Source: Myxococcota bacterium
GTDB lineage: Bacteria; Myxococcota_A; SURF-8
Direction: 5' to 3'
Assembly: GCA_965140415.1 (NCBI GenBank)
Contig: OZ223209.1
Coordinates: 4,192,001 to 4,256,000 of the forward strand
DNA length: 64,000 nucleotides
Under the pieces are notes generated by a model. The model was not told the DNA's origin. It searched no databases and saw only the letters and a list, made by a program, of their open reading frames with translations. This document shows, piece by piece, positions 8,457 to 18,032 of the stretch. Within the stretch, counting starts at the first letter, position 1; each line of letters begins with the position of its first letter. The translations under genes were made by a program, and so were the position numbers.

Positions 8457-9929
8457 TTATTGCTCAAGCATGCAGCAGCGAACACCTTTATATTTACTTG
8501 TATTATTCTTTGATGATTTTCTTGAGACAGAACTTTCACATGTAGTATACTAACCAATTAGCCACTCCCCCCCCGAGTCATAAGCCTGCGAACTTGTTGT
8601 TTCATTACCAATCCACTCACTAACGTTCCCCAATAAATCAAAAGCTCCGTAATCTGAAAGGCAATTAAGCTTGGAGCCTGTAAGCGTAGGGCCAGAAGGA
8701 TACCCTCCATTGTCACTGGTATTATCCCAACAGGCATTCTTGACATATTCATTTCCATATGGATAGTTCTTCCCGTTCGGCCCCTCACATGATTGAACCC
8801 AATCCGTCTCTTCGCAAAGTAATTTACCTACATTCATGCAAGCCTTACGGGCCTGAAACCAGGTAATAAATCGACTAGGAATGACACCTTTCGATGAACA
8901 AGCGTAAACAGGGACGGTTTCCAGATAATCTTCCTCTGAATCACTACAAAACCAATCTTCAGCGGAAATTGGGCAATCGACTTCATCCGGGAATCCGGCA
9001 GGATAGTTATCCTCCTGCTGCCCGTAGCTGTTGCCTGTGCAATCAGCATGTTCCATCAGCACCGATTCGAATTTATCGATACAGAAACGGCCATCAACCG
9101 GCACCATTTCCGGGTGATGCCAGCAGTTAGAAACCGAAGGTTCCCCTGCGCCATCGTACTCGTATTCAATTGCATCACGCGAGAATTCATCATCTTCATC
9201 ACCCGGCCAACCATGCAAACAGGCATCCAGCGTTTGACAATCCGTATAGCCCAGGCAATCTTCTACCCTGCCATTCGTCCAATCCACCCATTGCCAATCG
9301 CAATTGATATCACAAGCCTCCTTCGTGAATTCCACTTCGATGTTACACCCCATATAAAGATCACAAAGATCCATGCACTCGGATTGATAGGGTTCAGTGA
9401 CCATTGTTACCCTTGCACAATCAAGAAATGCATCACAACTTTCCTTCTGGATACAGGTTCCCATCAGGTAATGATTCAATTCATCTGATTCGCAGGTCGG
9501 GGTGCAAGGGTAATAGACAATCCAGTTGTCGTGAATGTTTTTTCCGCATTCCAGGAAACGATCGCAAAGCTGTTCACAGGCAGAATCGTCCTTGGAATCG
9601 GCTTCCAGATCCGGGTCTGGGTCAAAGTCTACATCTACATCACCATCCACACTGATTTCTACACAGCTTGTCTTATCTTGTTGGATATACCCTTGGGGGC
9701 AGTCACAGACCGCATAGCCATTGACAGCCTTACAGGTTCCAGGTGAACAGTCGATGCCTTGGCAAACGGAAGGAATGAGATTTGTTTCCTTTTCAGATTT
9801 ATCCTGATCGGCGATTTCCAGATCACCGTCAATATCTGCCGGATCTGTAGAATCGGAAGAATTGGAGGAACAGGCACCGATAAACACGAAAATGATTCCA
9901 AGTGTCCAGACCCAAGACTTGCCAGACAT
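8457..9929 (-). CDS. Lipoprotein with EGF-like, two 8-Cys modules and a C-terminal FGE-sulfatase/CLec-fold domain, interrupted by an in-frame TAG at 8550-8552 (truncated allele, pseudogene or readthrough)
   Basis: IGAC lipobox; CDCPQGY EGF; FCIDKFE, TWFQARKAC, YPYG, DLLGNVSEW. The same frame continues past the TAG as YTTCES...KGVRCCMLEQ to TAA TAA at 8459-8454. Confidence 0.8.
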
Positions 9930-10008
9930 ATTCCACTCCCGGCTGTACGTAGTTGTGACCCTGCCATTGTATACGAAGCAGCGGATTTTACGCAAAAATC
10001 AAACGCAA

Positions 10009-10042
10009 TAAAAAACGGGCTCCCCCGATCTGGAGGAACCCG
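10009..10042 (-). terminator. Rho-independent terminator of the protease gene
   Basis: Minus strand cgggttcctcc-agatcg-ggggagcccg-tttttt. Confidence 0.75.
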
Positions 10043-10073
10043 CATGTTGCATCCATCAACTTTCAAATCAGTT

Positions 10074-13000
10074 TCACAGCAACGAAAGACGGCGGCGGAA
10101 GCACAGACCTAAAAGCAACAGTCCGGCCAGCCAGCCCGAGGAATTCCCCGCGTTCCGGCAGCCACCTCCGCTTCCGTCGTCTTCAATTACCGTATCTTTG
10201 TCCGTCTCGATGCTCTCGCCGTCGCCGTCGATGAGTTCATCGCCATCCAAGACCATCGGCAAGTCGCCGTCCGTACCCGTTTCATCACCATCAGGAAGAA
10301 TCTCATCTCCATCGGAGACAATCTCCTCCCCGTCTCCATCCACCGAAGATTCATCGTCGCCATCAACGACAACGTCATCTCCATCGACAACCTCTGCATC
10401 ACCATCCACTAACGGCTCGTCCCCATCGACCATTTCATCACCATCGATGAGTTCATCGCCGTCGGCAACCAGATCTCCATCAGCCGGATCGTCGCCATCG
10501 GGCGGCAAATCGCCGTCGGGAACGAAATCGTCCACATCGCCATCGGGCCAGTCGATATCGCCATCCGGCGCATCCAGCATCTCGTACAAACACACGTCGT
10601 CGATATTCCAGCCACCGAATTCCAGACCGCCGTCACTTTCGATCTCCCAGCGAATCCGGACTTCGCTTTGACCCGCCGCTTGCTCGCTGATGTCCAGATC
10701 GAACAGAATCCACTCTTTGTCCTCATGATGCACCGAACCGGAAGCATCCGCCGAGTTGCGCCAGACAAGCACATCATTCACGTAAATGCTGGCGTGATCG
10801 TAAGTGGCGTCTTCCACCGTCAACCAGCGACGGAATTGCAAACGCACGCTGCCAGCTTCGGACAGATCGTAGGCGGGGCTGGTCAAGGCATTGACGCGAT
10901 TCGATTGATACAGGCCGTTCCAGCGATCGGTCAGCGCCAGGTCGTTTCCCCAAACCATGTTTCCGCTATAGGCTCCCAACGGATCGCCGCCTTTGCCGGT
11001 AGGCGCTCCCCACTGCCAATCGTCTGCGCCTTCCTGGTTTTCACCGCTGATCAGTTCATGGGTAAAACCTTGCGCCGACTCCAGGTTGTCGCAGGATATT
11101 TCCTGCAAATCGCCCACGTACAGATAATACGCGGGGTCGCCGGGATTCTCAGGCCGTATAATCGTCGACTGTCCGGCCAGATCCTCGATTTCGATACGAT
11201 AGCGAATTTGCACCCCGTAGCGCAAGGGCGGAATTTCGGTAGAAAACGACTCCCCATCCTCGCTCGTCATCACGCGCATACGCCAGCGATCTTCCGAATC
11301 CAGCTTGTACATCAGGCGAACTTCGCCCAAGGCATTTTCACTGCACTGCGGATGAATGGCGTGAATGCCAACGGTAACCGGAATCGGCTCGCCCCAATTC
11401 GTTACCGCTTCAATGGGCTGATGCTCGATATCGAAACTGCCGCCGCCACCTTCGATAAGACCATGCAACCCGAACGCGGAATCGATTTCGCAGATATGCG
11501 GGCTGCCGTCGGTCAAGTCGCCGTTGTCGTCATCGGCCAGTAACGCCGCTTCGTAAACCGAAGGAATGTTCCCGGCATAACGCACCATACCCGCGTAAAT
11601 CGTATCGCAGATCAGCGCGCCCTGCTCTTGTCCGTATTCGGAAATAAGTGCTTGGCGCAGATCCCAGAGAGCGCCACCGACGATCAAGCCCGACATGTGC
11701 GGGTCTTCATCCTGATCCTCGGGCCAGCGCTTGTCCGGTTCTAAATCCCGCAGATGGCTTCCTGTAGTAATAAAATAGGGGGCCAGTTTGTTGTCGTTGG
11801 TAATCGAAGCGGACATGTAGTCGGCAAAGCCTTCGCTCACCGCCTCGTTGAACTCTCCCGTTCCTAATTGAGAACTGTAATAATGAAATCCGTGACCGAA
11901 CTCGTGATAAATCACATCGGCGATCATTCCAGTGTTGTTACAGCTATAGCCATAGCCACTTGGTCCCGCTTTGTAAAAGGTAAAGCCGCCATCGAAAAAG
12001 GCGTTACAGGTTTCGTTGTAATTCACGTTAACGGTAACGACTTGCGTGAGCCAGCTCAGATCTTCGGCCAGACTTAAAGCATGCTGGCGCACATCGGCGA
12101 ACGACCGGAACGCATCCAACTGAACCTGGTTAAATTCACCGCTGGTTTCCCAAGTGTAGCTCGCACCATCACTCATGTCATCGGCACTGGCGGAGATATT
12201 GTCGCCCTGTAGGTTATCCAGCGTGGTATACAACCCCTGCATGTTCAAGCCGATATTCGCCGTGTCTCCTGTGGTTGTAAAGTGGCCATCGGCATCTGCA
12301 TAGCGAAAACCGTTCGGCGTATACAGGCGTAAACGCGAGGCCGGAGATGCAATCAGATCGCCGCTCGGGTTTCGCTGGTGATGACTAAGCAGAATGGTTC
12401 CGTTCATGAACAGGCGCTCATCGCGCAGGGCGAGCAGTTCGCCCTTCTGTGCGTCGATATAGGCGGTCCAGCGCCCTTCCCCCGATCTTCCCAACGACAC
12501 CTGTTGGACCAGTTGCAAGCGTAGCGAATCACCCTCGATCAAGGGAAAGATTGCCAGTTCAACCCCTTGCACAACCAGATGTTTCCCGTGTGTTTGCAGG
12601 TAATTAACGGCAATAGTTTGTGCATGTGTGTTATCTGCGAAAACGGAAGAATCAAATGCGAGAGCAGGGAACAAACGACAGCCGAACATGACCAGGCGAC
12701 CATATTTAATCGCAACAAAACAACCCGTTCCTAAAACCGGAATGCCCTTGATCTGCTGCTCGAACGCCACCATCCTTACTCCTGCAAAGACGTGGTTCGT
12801 CCGCACAACAAGCTGTTCAAGTGTCACATCCGAAGGGAGCAAGTCGCTGTTTTCTTTGATGAACCGCAAAGCGACTTTCCGTGCCGCCTCTTCGTCCGTC
12901 ATCACCTGCGAATCGACCTCAATGCCCTCTCCCCAGATTCGGAAGAATTCACCGGTAGGACCGCTTTTACGCATACTCCAGTTATTTCCATAGCGACTGC

Positions 13001-13184
13001 GAAAGGATTTCGGAGCTTCATCTGTTCGATATACCGGCGAAATGCCGCTGTGACCGGCCAGCCAGGCAGTACTTTCCGGTACGAATTCAATTCGCTGCGA
13101 AGGCTGCTGAAAAGCAAAGCCAGTGAGACTCCATAAGGTAGCAAGTAGGAACACGAAGACTAGAGTCGGTACATGATGTCGCAT
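10074..13184 (-). CDS. Secreted M4/M36-like zinc metalloprotease with propeptide, beta-sandwich domains, DGD stalk and MYXO-CTERM-like tail
   Basis: AGGAG RBS before ATG 13184; CNAFFDG, VIYHEFGH, SEGFADY, DPH motifs; GWNIDDV; ends GGGC-x8-WLAGLLLLGLCFRRR. Confidence 0.85.
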   Translation of the reverse strand: MRHHVPTLVFVFLLATLWSLTGFAFQQPSQRIEFVPESTAWLAGHSGISPVYRTDEAPKSFRSRYGNNWSMRKSGPTGEFFRIWGEGIEVDSQVMTDEEAARKVALRFIKENSDLLPSDVTLEQLVVRTNHVFAGVRMVAFEQQIKGIPVLGTGCFVAIKYGRLVMFGCRLFPALAFDSSVFADNTHAQTIAVNYLQTHGKHLVVQGVELAIFPLIEGDSLRLQLVQQVSLGRSGEGRWTAYIDAQKGELLALRDERLFMNGTILLSHHQRNPSGDLIASPASRLRLYTPNGFRYADADGHFTTTGDTANIGLNMQGLYTTLDNLQGDNISASADDMSDGASYTWETSGEFNQVQLDAFRSFADVRQHALSLAEDLSWLTQVVTVNVNYNETCNAFFDGGFTFYKAGPSGYGYSCNNTGMIADVIYHEFGHGFHYYSSQLGTGEFNEAVSEGFADYMSASITNDNKLAPYFITTGSHLRDLEPDKRWPEDQDEDPHMSGLIVGGALWDLRQALISEYGQEQGALICDTIYAGMVRYAGNIPSVYEAALLADDDNGDLTDGSPHICEIDSAFGLHGLIEGGGGSFDIEHQPIEAVTNWGEPIPVTVGIHAIHPQCSENALGEVRLMYKLDSEDRWRMRVMTSEDGESFSTEIPPLRYGVQIRYRIEIEDLAGQSTIIRPENPGDPAYYLYVGDLQEISCDNLESAQGFTHELISGENQEGADDWQWGAPTGKGGDPLGAYSGNMVWGNDLALTDRWNGLYQSNRVNALTSPAYDLSEAGSVRLQFRRWLTVEDATYDHASIYVNDVLVWRNSADASGSVHHEDKEWILFDLDISEQAAGQSEVRIRWEIESDGGLEFGGWNIDDVCLYEMLDAPDGDIDWPDGDVDDFVPDGDLPPDGDDPADGDLVADGDELIDGDEMVDGDEPLVDGDAEVVDGDDVVVDGDDESSVDGDGEEIVSDGDEILPDGDETGTDGDLPMVLDGDELIDGDGESIETDKDTVIEDDGSGGGCRNAGNSSGWLAGLLLLGLCFRRRLSLL
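10221..10565 (-). repeat. 17 tandem degenerate DGD peptide repeats (6-9 aa period)
   Basis: Counted in translation from PDGDIDW to LIDGDG. Confidence 0.9.
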
Positions 13185-13438
13185 TGTCACTCCTGAAATT
13201 TCTTCCGACGATTTTGTATAACCAGGTGGAAACAACAAATGAATCGATGCGCTTGCAGAATTCGGCAAAACAGCAAGCGACCGTAGATCAGCTGCAAAAG
13301 ACTAGCAAAAAAACTTCCGGCAATCAAAAACAATTGTCATATTTCTTGATATTACTCGCTTTTCGTTCAAGATCGGCTTTCTTGATGTTCCGAAGTGGAG
13401 AGCGATTGTTTTGTAATTTTGTAAGGTTAATCCGCTTC

Positions 13439-15241
13439 TTACCATTGATCGCGATAAAGCGACCGCAGTCGGGTTGCGCGGTAAAATTCCAATTTACTGA
13501 ATTCCTGCTTCCAAACCAGCTCGGCATTGGCATCACCCGTTACTTCCAAAATCTGGTTGGGATTTGCATTCTCCTTTACTCCCCCGGCGCAGATCAGGAC
13601 ATTTCCGTTCGGCAGGAAGTCTGCATCTCCATATTTTCCGTTGTAATAAGGGGTTACGCTCTGCCAGACGCGCTCGGCTAACATGTTCTGCTCATCCAGA
13701 AGGTAAATTACCGCCCGGCTTTTATTGTTTTCCCAATCGTCGTTTCCGGGATTGCCATTGTCAAATATGATCATTTGGCCGCCTTGATTCATGTCCGGCG
13801 AATGCTGCCCGAAAAACCAATCGACGGAATCATCGCCAGTGGCGTTCGTCAGGGTAAAGTCGCCCTGCCAGCCCATGCGCCAGATCACATTCCCGCTTGC
13901 ATGATCGATTTTGAGAATCCAGTTTTGGTTGCGGATAGAAAGCAGGATGCTGTCGTCCTGCTCCTGATATATTAGGGAGTTGCAATGAGTCCAATCATAA
14001 CCGCCGCCGCTTTCAAGTTTCTGGGAAGCCGGTGTTGGAAAACGCGAGGTATCCAGGTGATCGAAAGCGGACCAACGCCAGACGATCTCGGCATCCGGCG
14101 TCACTTCCAGGATCTCGTCACCACGCAACAAAACAGGATCTTCATCGAAAGGAACGGAAAACGTGTCATACTGCTTCGTCAGGGTCAGAAAATGACCGTT
14201 AGGAAGTGCAATGGTTTCATGGTGAATGCGGCTGAGTTCCAACTGCCGAGCGGTGATATTCAGCAGGTTGTCACCCCCGATCGTAATTACACGGAAACCG
14301 TTTTCCTGCTGCAATAACAGGTTACCATTCGGCAGCGGTTTCAAGTCGCGGTCGAAAGTTGAATAATTGTTATTCGAAATACGATAGTACCAAACAACAT
14401 CCCCTACTTCATCGACACCGGTGTAATACATCGGAACGAGCGTCCCGCTTCCGTCACGTCCACCCGGACACGTAATTGTCACTCCCGGTTGTACCTGCTG
14501 AGGCAACGATGCTTCAACGGTAAACGGCACCGGCAGATCTTCCGGCAATGCACCGGTAGTAAAGGTTTGATCCTCGCCATACACGAACTTGTCATGCTCG
14601 TTTACCAATACAGGTCGAAGGTGATATTCCCGCTCGGCTTTCATCTGCACGACGGTCAAGACATGGCTCGCGGTCTCCTCGGCAATATCCGTGTGATATC
14701 CATAATTGGAATCCAGGCCATACTCGATGTACGCCCGGCAAGGTCGGTTCGTATCCAGATAAACAATGGCGGACAGAACCGAATTGACGTTTTCGATCAC
14801 AACGACCGATTCAATGACCAATGGCTCCGTCTCTTCCTCTTCCTCTTCCTCTTCCTCCTCTGCCTCAGAGCAGAACTCGCAATCTAACTCCGTTTCAATA
14901 TCGAACCCGTCCGCTTCATCTTCCTCACGATCACCATCGACAACGGAATCGATCCAGTCGCCCTCTTCGTCCATATCCACCGAATCACCGTCTGTCATCT
15001 CGTTATCGACATCCGCATCACCTTCAGCATCGTTCTCGATATCTACCCAATCCTGATCACCGATGAACGAATCATCTTCATTCTCCAATTCAATGTCTCC
15101 ATCTACTGGAGATTCCACTGTTTCTTGCTCGGAAATCTCTGAATCTCCATCCGGCAACGTTTCGGAATCGTCGCTGCAAGCAAATAAACCACACAATGCA
15201 AGAATCAGAATGAAGAAAGCAATTCGATCTTTGGGTTGCAT
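13439..15241 (-). CDS. Arylsulfotransferase (ASST)-family lipoprotein
   Basis: AGGAG RBS; LFAC lipobox; acidic stalk; Ig-like domain; IHHE, WTHCNS, LSIRNQ, GQHSP, FDNG motifs. Confidence 0.85.
   Translation of the reverse strand: MQPKDRIAFFILILALCGLFACSDDSETLPDGDSEISEQETVESPVDGDIELENEDDSFIGDQDWVDIENDAEGDADVDNEMTDGDSVDMDEEGDWIDSVVDGDREEDEADGFDIETELDCEFCSEAEEEEEEEEEETEPLVIESVVVIENVNSVLSAIVYLDTNRPCRAYIEYGLDSNYGYHTDIAEETASHVLTVVQMKAEREYHLRPVLVNEHDKFVYGEDQTFTTGALPEDLPVPFTVEASLPQQVQPGVTITCPGGRDGSGTLVPMYYTGVDEVGDVVWYYRISNNNYSTFDRDLKPLPNGNLLLQQENGFRVITIGGDNLLNITARQLELSRIHHETIALPNGHFLTLTKQYDTFSVPFDEDPVLLRGDEILEVTPDAEIVWRWSAFDHLDTSRFPTPASQKLESGGGYDWTHCNSLIYQEQDDSILLSIRNQNWILKIDHASGNVIWRMGWQGDFTLTNATGDDSVDWFFGQHSPDMNQGGQMIIFDNGNPGNDDWENNKSRAVIYLLDEQNMLAERVWQSVTPYYNGKYGDADFLPNGNVLICAGGVKENANPNQILEVTGDANAELVWKQEFSKLEFYRATRLRSLYRDQW
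14831..14860 (-). repeat. (GAGGAA)n-type simple repeat encoding poly-Glu
   Basis: ctcttcctcttcctcttcctcttcctcctc on the + strand. Confidence 0.8.
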
Positions 15242-15258
15242 GGGAACTCCTGTCATAC

Positions 15259-17028
15259 TTATCGGTTACTGCCAGAATCTAAAACGTATCCCTTTGTTGG
15301 TTCGAGAATTCGCTCGGAGCGATACACTCCCCACTTCAGTGGCAGCGAAAGATCCCAAATCTTCCGCCCCGGACTTTCATTGGATATTTCAATCAAGTGC
15401 GAATGCTGGCTTGTACTGCGAAGCCCGAAAGTCGCCAATGTATTGCCATTGGGTAAACGGTCGGCATCACCCCAGATCGGAGCGAAGATCGGAGGATCGG
15501 GAACAAAGGACCAGACGATTTCCGCAGTGCGGCTTTCATCTGTATCCGTGTAAGCCAATTCAATTACCCGGCTGTAAGATCGATAGGTGTAGTGGCCGTT
15601 GTCGAATAACAGGATGTTACCATTCGGTTGAATTTCCGGGGCATGTTGGCGATAGAATTGATCTTCCGGGTCGATCTCGAAATCCCCTTCAACGCCCATT
15701 TTCCACACGATCTGCTCGGTGTCCATGTTGATTTTGAACAGGGCATACTGCTCGCGAGAGGAAAGCAGCAAAGCATTTTCTCTCGGAAACCAGACGAGCG
15801 CATTCAGGTGCGACCAGTCCAGGCGAGGGTCGGGCGGACTGTAATAATGGCACAATACCCAGGAATAGACGACTTCGGCCCGTTCTACATCCCAGATATA
15901 AATTCCACCGGAGTTCCACTCGCTTATGGCTGGATCTTCACAGCTTTTCTCGCCATTCAAAAACAGATACTGCCCTTCCCCATATACTTGCATCTCGTGA
16001 TGCATGCGGAAACGCTCACTCCACAAGATGTTGCCTTCCCAGTCGATGCGGTGCGGATATTTATTGTCGGTATTGCCACCGATCAGAATACCATCGGGCA
16101 CCGTGCGTACGTCGTTATCTTCACCAAACCAAGCATTATTTACGGTGTAATACCAGCGGTAACGCCCCTGCTCATCCACCATTGCCAGTGACAACGGGAT
16201 GCGATCGTAGTGGTTATTCAAGTTGAAGAGAGTCCAACCGGATTGCAGCAGTTCCTGCTCACTGTAATCAAGCGAAAATTCAGGCAGGTTTTCAGGAATC
16301 TCACCAACCGAGAAGGAAATGGAATCCGTGCTTTCGGCATCCTCACCATTGACGGCGCTTGCGGTCGCCGTACATTCAGCGAGTTGCAACAATCCCATGA
16401 CAAACACACTGTGAGCCGCTGTCAAATCCGTACCAGCAAAGCTTTCATGATAATCCGAGCCACAATCCACCGTAAGTGCGGTCAGGCAAGGGCGGTCGGT
16501 TTCCCATTCGATATAATACGAAAGTAGATTGCGAGGATTGGCAAAGGCAGCCAGTCGGTCGATCACGATCAGAGGCTCCGGCTCGGGATCGGGTTCCGTT
16601 TCGAGTTCCGGCTCGATATCGGCTTCGAGTTCAAATTCAAATTCTAGTTCACCTTCCAGCTCCCATTCACTTTCCTCGTCTCTCTCACACTCCTCTTCAA
16701 TCTCAATTTCGATCTCCGGTACGTCGTTTTCCGCTAACTCCATGACATCAAGATCGAAATCCGTATCAGTGGATTCCACCTGCTCTGTTTCATCGAGATC
16801 CCCATCCAAAAACCGATCCTCATCGACGCGATCCTTGTCTCCATCGCTCGGAAGCTCATCCTCCAAGTCGATATCACCGATACCGGGCGTTTCCAGATCT
16901 CCATCTGATACAGGATCGCCCGTATTTATGATACCGGGATCGGAACCGCTGCAAGACAGCAGTATCGCCACCACAATGAGTATCACAACACATTTATAGA
17001 CTCGCCAAGGATGAAACCACGTACTCAT
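15259..17028 (-). CDS. Second arylsulfotransferase (ASST)-family lipoprotein
   Basis: LLSC lipobox; acidic stalk; MHHE, WSHLNA, LSSRE, RQHAP, FDNG, GDADRLPNGN motifs. Confidence 0.85.
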   Translation of the reverse strand: MSTWFHPWRVYKCVVILIVVAILLSCSGSDPGIINTGDPVSDGDLETPGIGDIDLEDELPSDGDKDRVDEDRFLDGDLDETEQVESTDTDFDLDVMELAENDVPEIEIEIEEECERDEESEWELEGELEFEFELEADIEPELETEPDPEPEPLIVIDRLAAFANPRNLLSYYIEWETDRPCLTALTVDCGSDYHESFAGTDLTAAHSVFVMGLLQLAECTATASAVNGEDAESTDSISFSVGEIPENLPEFSLDYSEQELLQSGWTLFNLNNHYDRIPLSLAMVDEQGRYRWYYTVNNAWFGEDNDVRTVPDGILIGGNTDNKYPHRIDWEGNILWSERFRMHHEMQVYGEGQYLFLNGEKSCEDPAISEWNSGGIYIWDVERAEVVYSWVLCHYYSPPDPRLDWSHLNALVWFPRENALLLSSREQYALFKINMDTEQIVWKMGVEGDFEIDPEDQFYRQHAPEIQPNGNILLFDNGHYTYRSYSRVIELAYTDTDESRTAEIVWSFVPDPPIFAPIWGDADRLPNGNTLATFGLRSTSQHSHLIEISNESPGRKIWDLSLPLKWGVYRSERILEPTKGYVLDSGSNR

Positions 17029-17072
17029 CCGCCTCCTCGTTTCACCTACTACAATCGAAATAGCAACACCTC

Positions 17073-17465
17073 TTAAAGTAACAATTCCACTGTAACCATC
17101 AGATCATCATCGCTCTTCGGCTCACCGTCGGGGCCATCGCTGATAATCGACCAGAAGTTTCCTTCCCACCCTACGCGATAGGAATTACCGAAGTGATCCA
17201 AACCACAGCGTTCCCCGCTGCAATTGAAGTTGATCTCATACCAACTTTTAAATGTATCCCGATTCGGTGCGGCTTTGCCAACCGCATTCTCCGCCAGAAC
17301 TTTCTTTGCGATTTCGCGGAGATCCTGCTCTACCTTCCACGATGTCACCGTGTGCAGAACCTTCATCGCCGGACTGGGACTGCTCACCCGCCCCGAAGAG
17401 AGGTAGCCGAAAAACCATAAACCTCCCAGCACGAGCAATCCGATCCAAAACAGTTTCTTCACCAT
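17073..17465 (-). CDS. Small membrane-anchored protein with GspG-like C-terminus
   Basis: N-terminal TM; DHFGNSY...SDGPDGEPKSDDDL resembles the GspG DPWG.PY...S.GPDG..GT.DDI motif; no prepilin cleavage motif. Confidence 0.65.
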   Translation of the reverse strand: MVKKLFWIGLLVLGGLWFFGYLSSGRVSSPSPAMKVLHTVTSWKVEQDLREIAKKVLAENAVGKAAPNRDTFKSWYEINFNCSGERCGLDHFGNSYRVGWEGNFWSIISDGPDGEPKSDDDLMVTVELLL

Positions 17466-17731
17466 GGCAAGCCCCCATGACCCCGTTTTAACGAACTGCT
17501 ATAATAGCTCACGATTGTAGCATGGCGACCGTTCTTCTCCAAATCATTGATGCCAATAACGAAATCCCATTTTTCCAGGGAGCCGCTTTTTTCCTTGATA
17601 ATCCACAAGAGGTTTGCTAGCTTGCCTACCGGCGTGGAAGTGTGGCGCGCCTTTCCAAGAAAAGGCATTGGATTCAACTAGTTGTAGTTGATCCTTCATG
17701 AAGCGATTCTATTATGCAAGGATATACGAGT

Positions 17732-17998
17732 ATGACCGATTTTGAACGTGAGATACGCGACAAGCTCATTGAAAGACTCAATCTGGAAGACATCGACCCG
17801 GAAACGATCACCCGCGACTCGGCGTTGTTTGGAGAAGAAGGACTGGGACTGGACTCGATCGACGCTTTGGAAATCGAGGTCATGATCGAAGAAGATTACA
17901 ACATCAAAGTGATGGCCTCCGAGCGTACCAAATCGACATTCGGCTCCCTGGGCGAACTGGCTGCGTTTATTGAGAAAAATAAAAATCGGGACGCTTGA
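17732..17998 (+). CDS. Acyl carrier protein (type II PKS/aryl-polyene-like)
   Basis: LFGEEGLGLDSIDALEI phosphopantetheine motif; acidic ~88 aa; alternative start 17714. Confidence 0.9.
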   Translation: MTDFEREIRDKLIERLNLEDIDPETITRDSALFGEEGLGLDSIDALEIEVMIEEDYNIKVMASERTKSTFGSLGELAAFIEKNKNRDA

Positions 17999-18032
17999 TC
18001 CGTTCGATCACAATTCGTATGACGAGGAAATT

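Noticed and set aside
8567-8574. G8 homopolymer (minus strand) just upstream of the premature TAG as a phase-variation or frameshift explanation
   Set aside because: Removing one G gives SGGSG-TAA and adding one gives ...VYYM-TGA. The conserved GVRCC end is already in the original frame, so slippage does not restore the protein.
17640-17660. Possible sigma54 promoter (TGGCGCG...) upstream of the ACP operon
   Set aside because: The -12 element reads TTCC rather than TTGC, so the invariant GC is missing.
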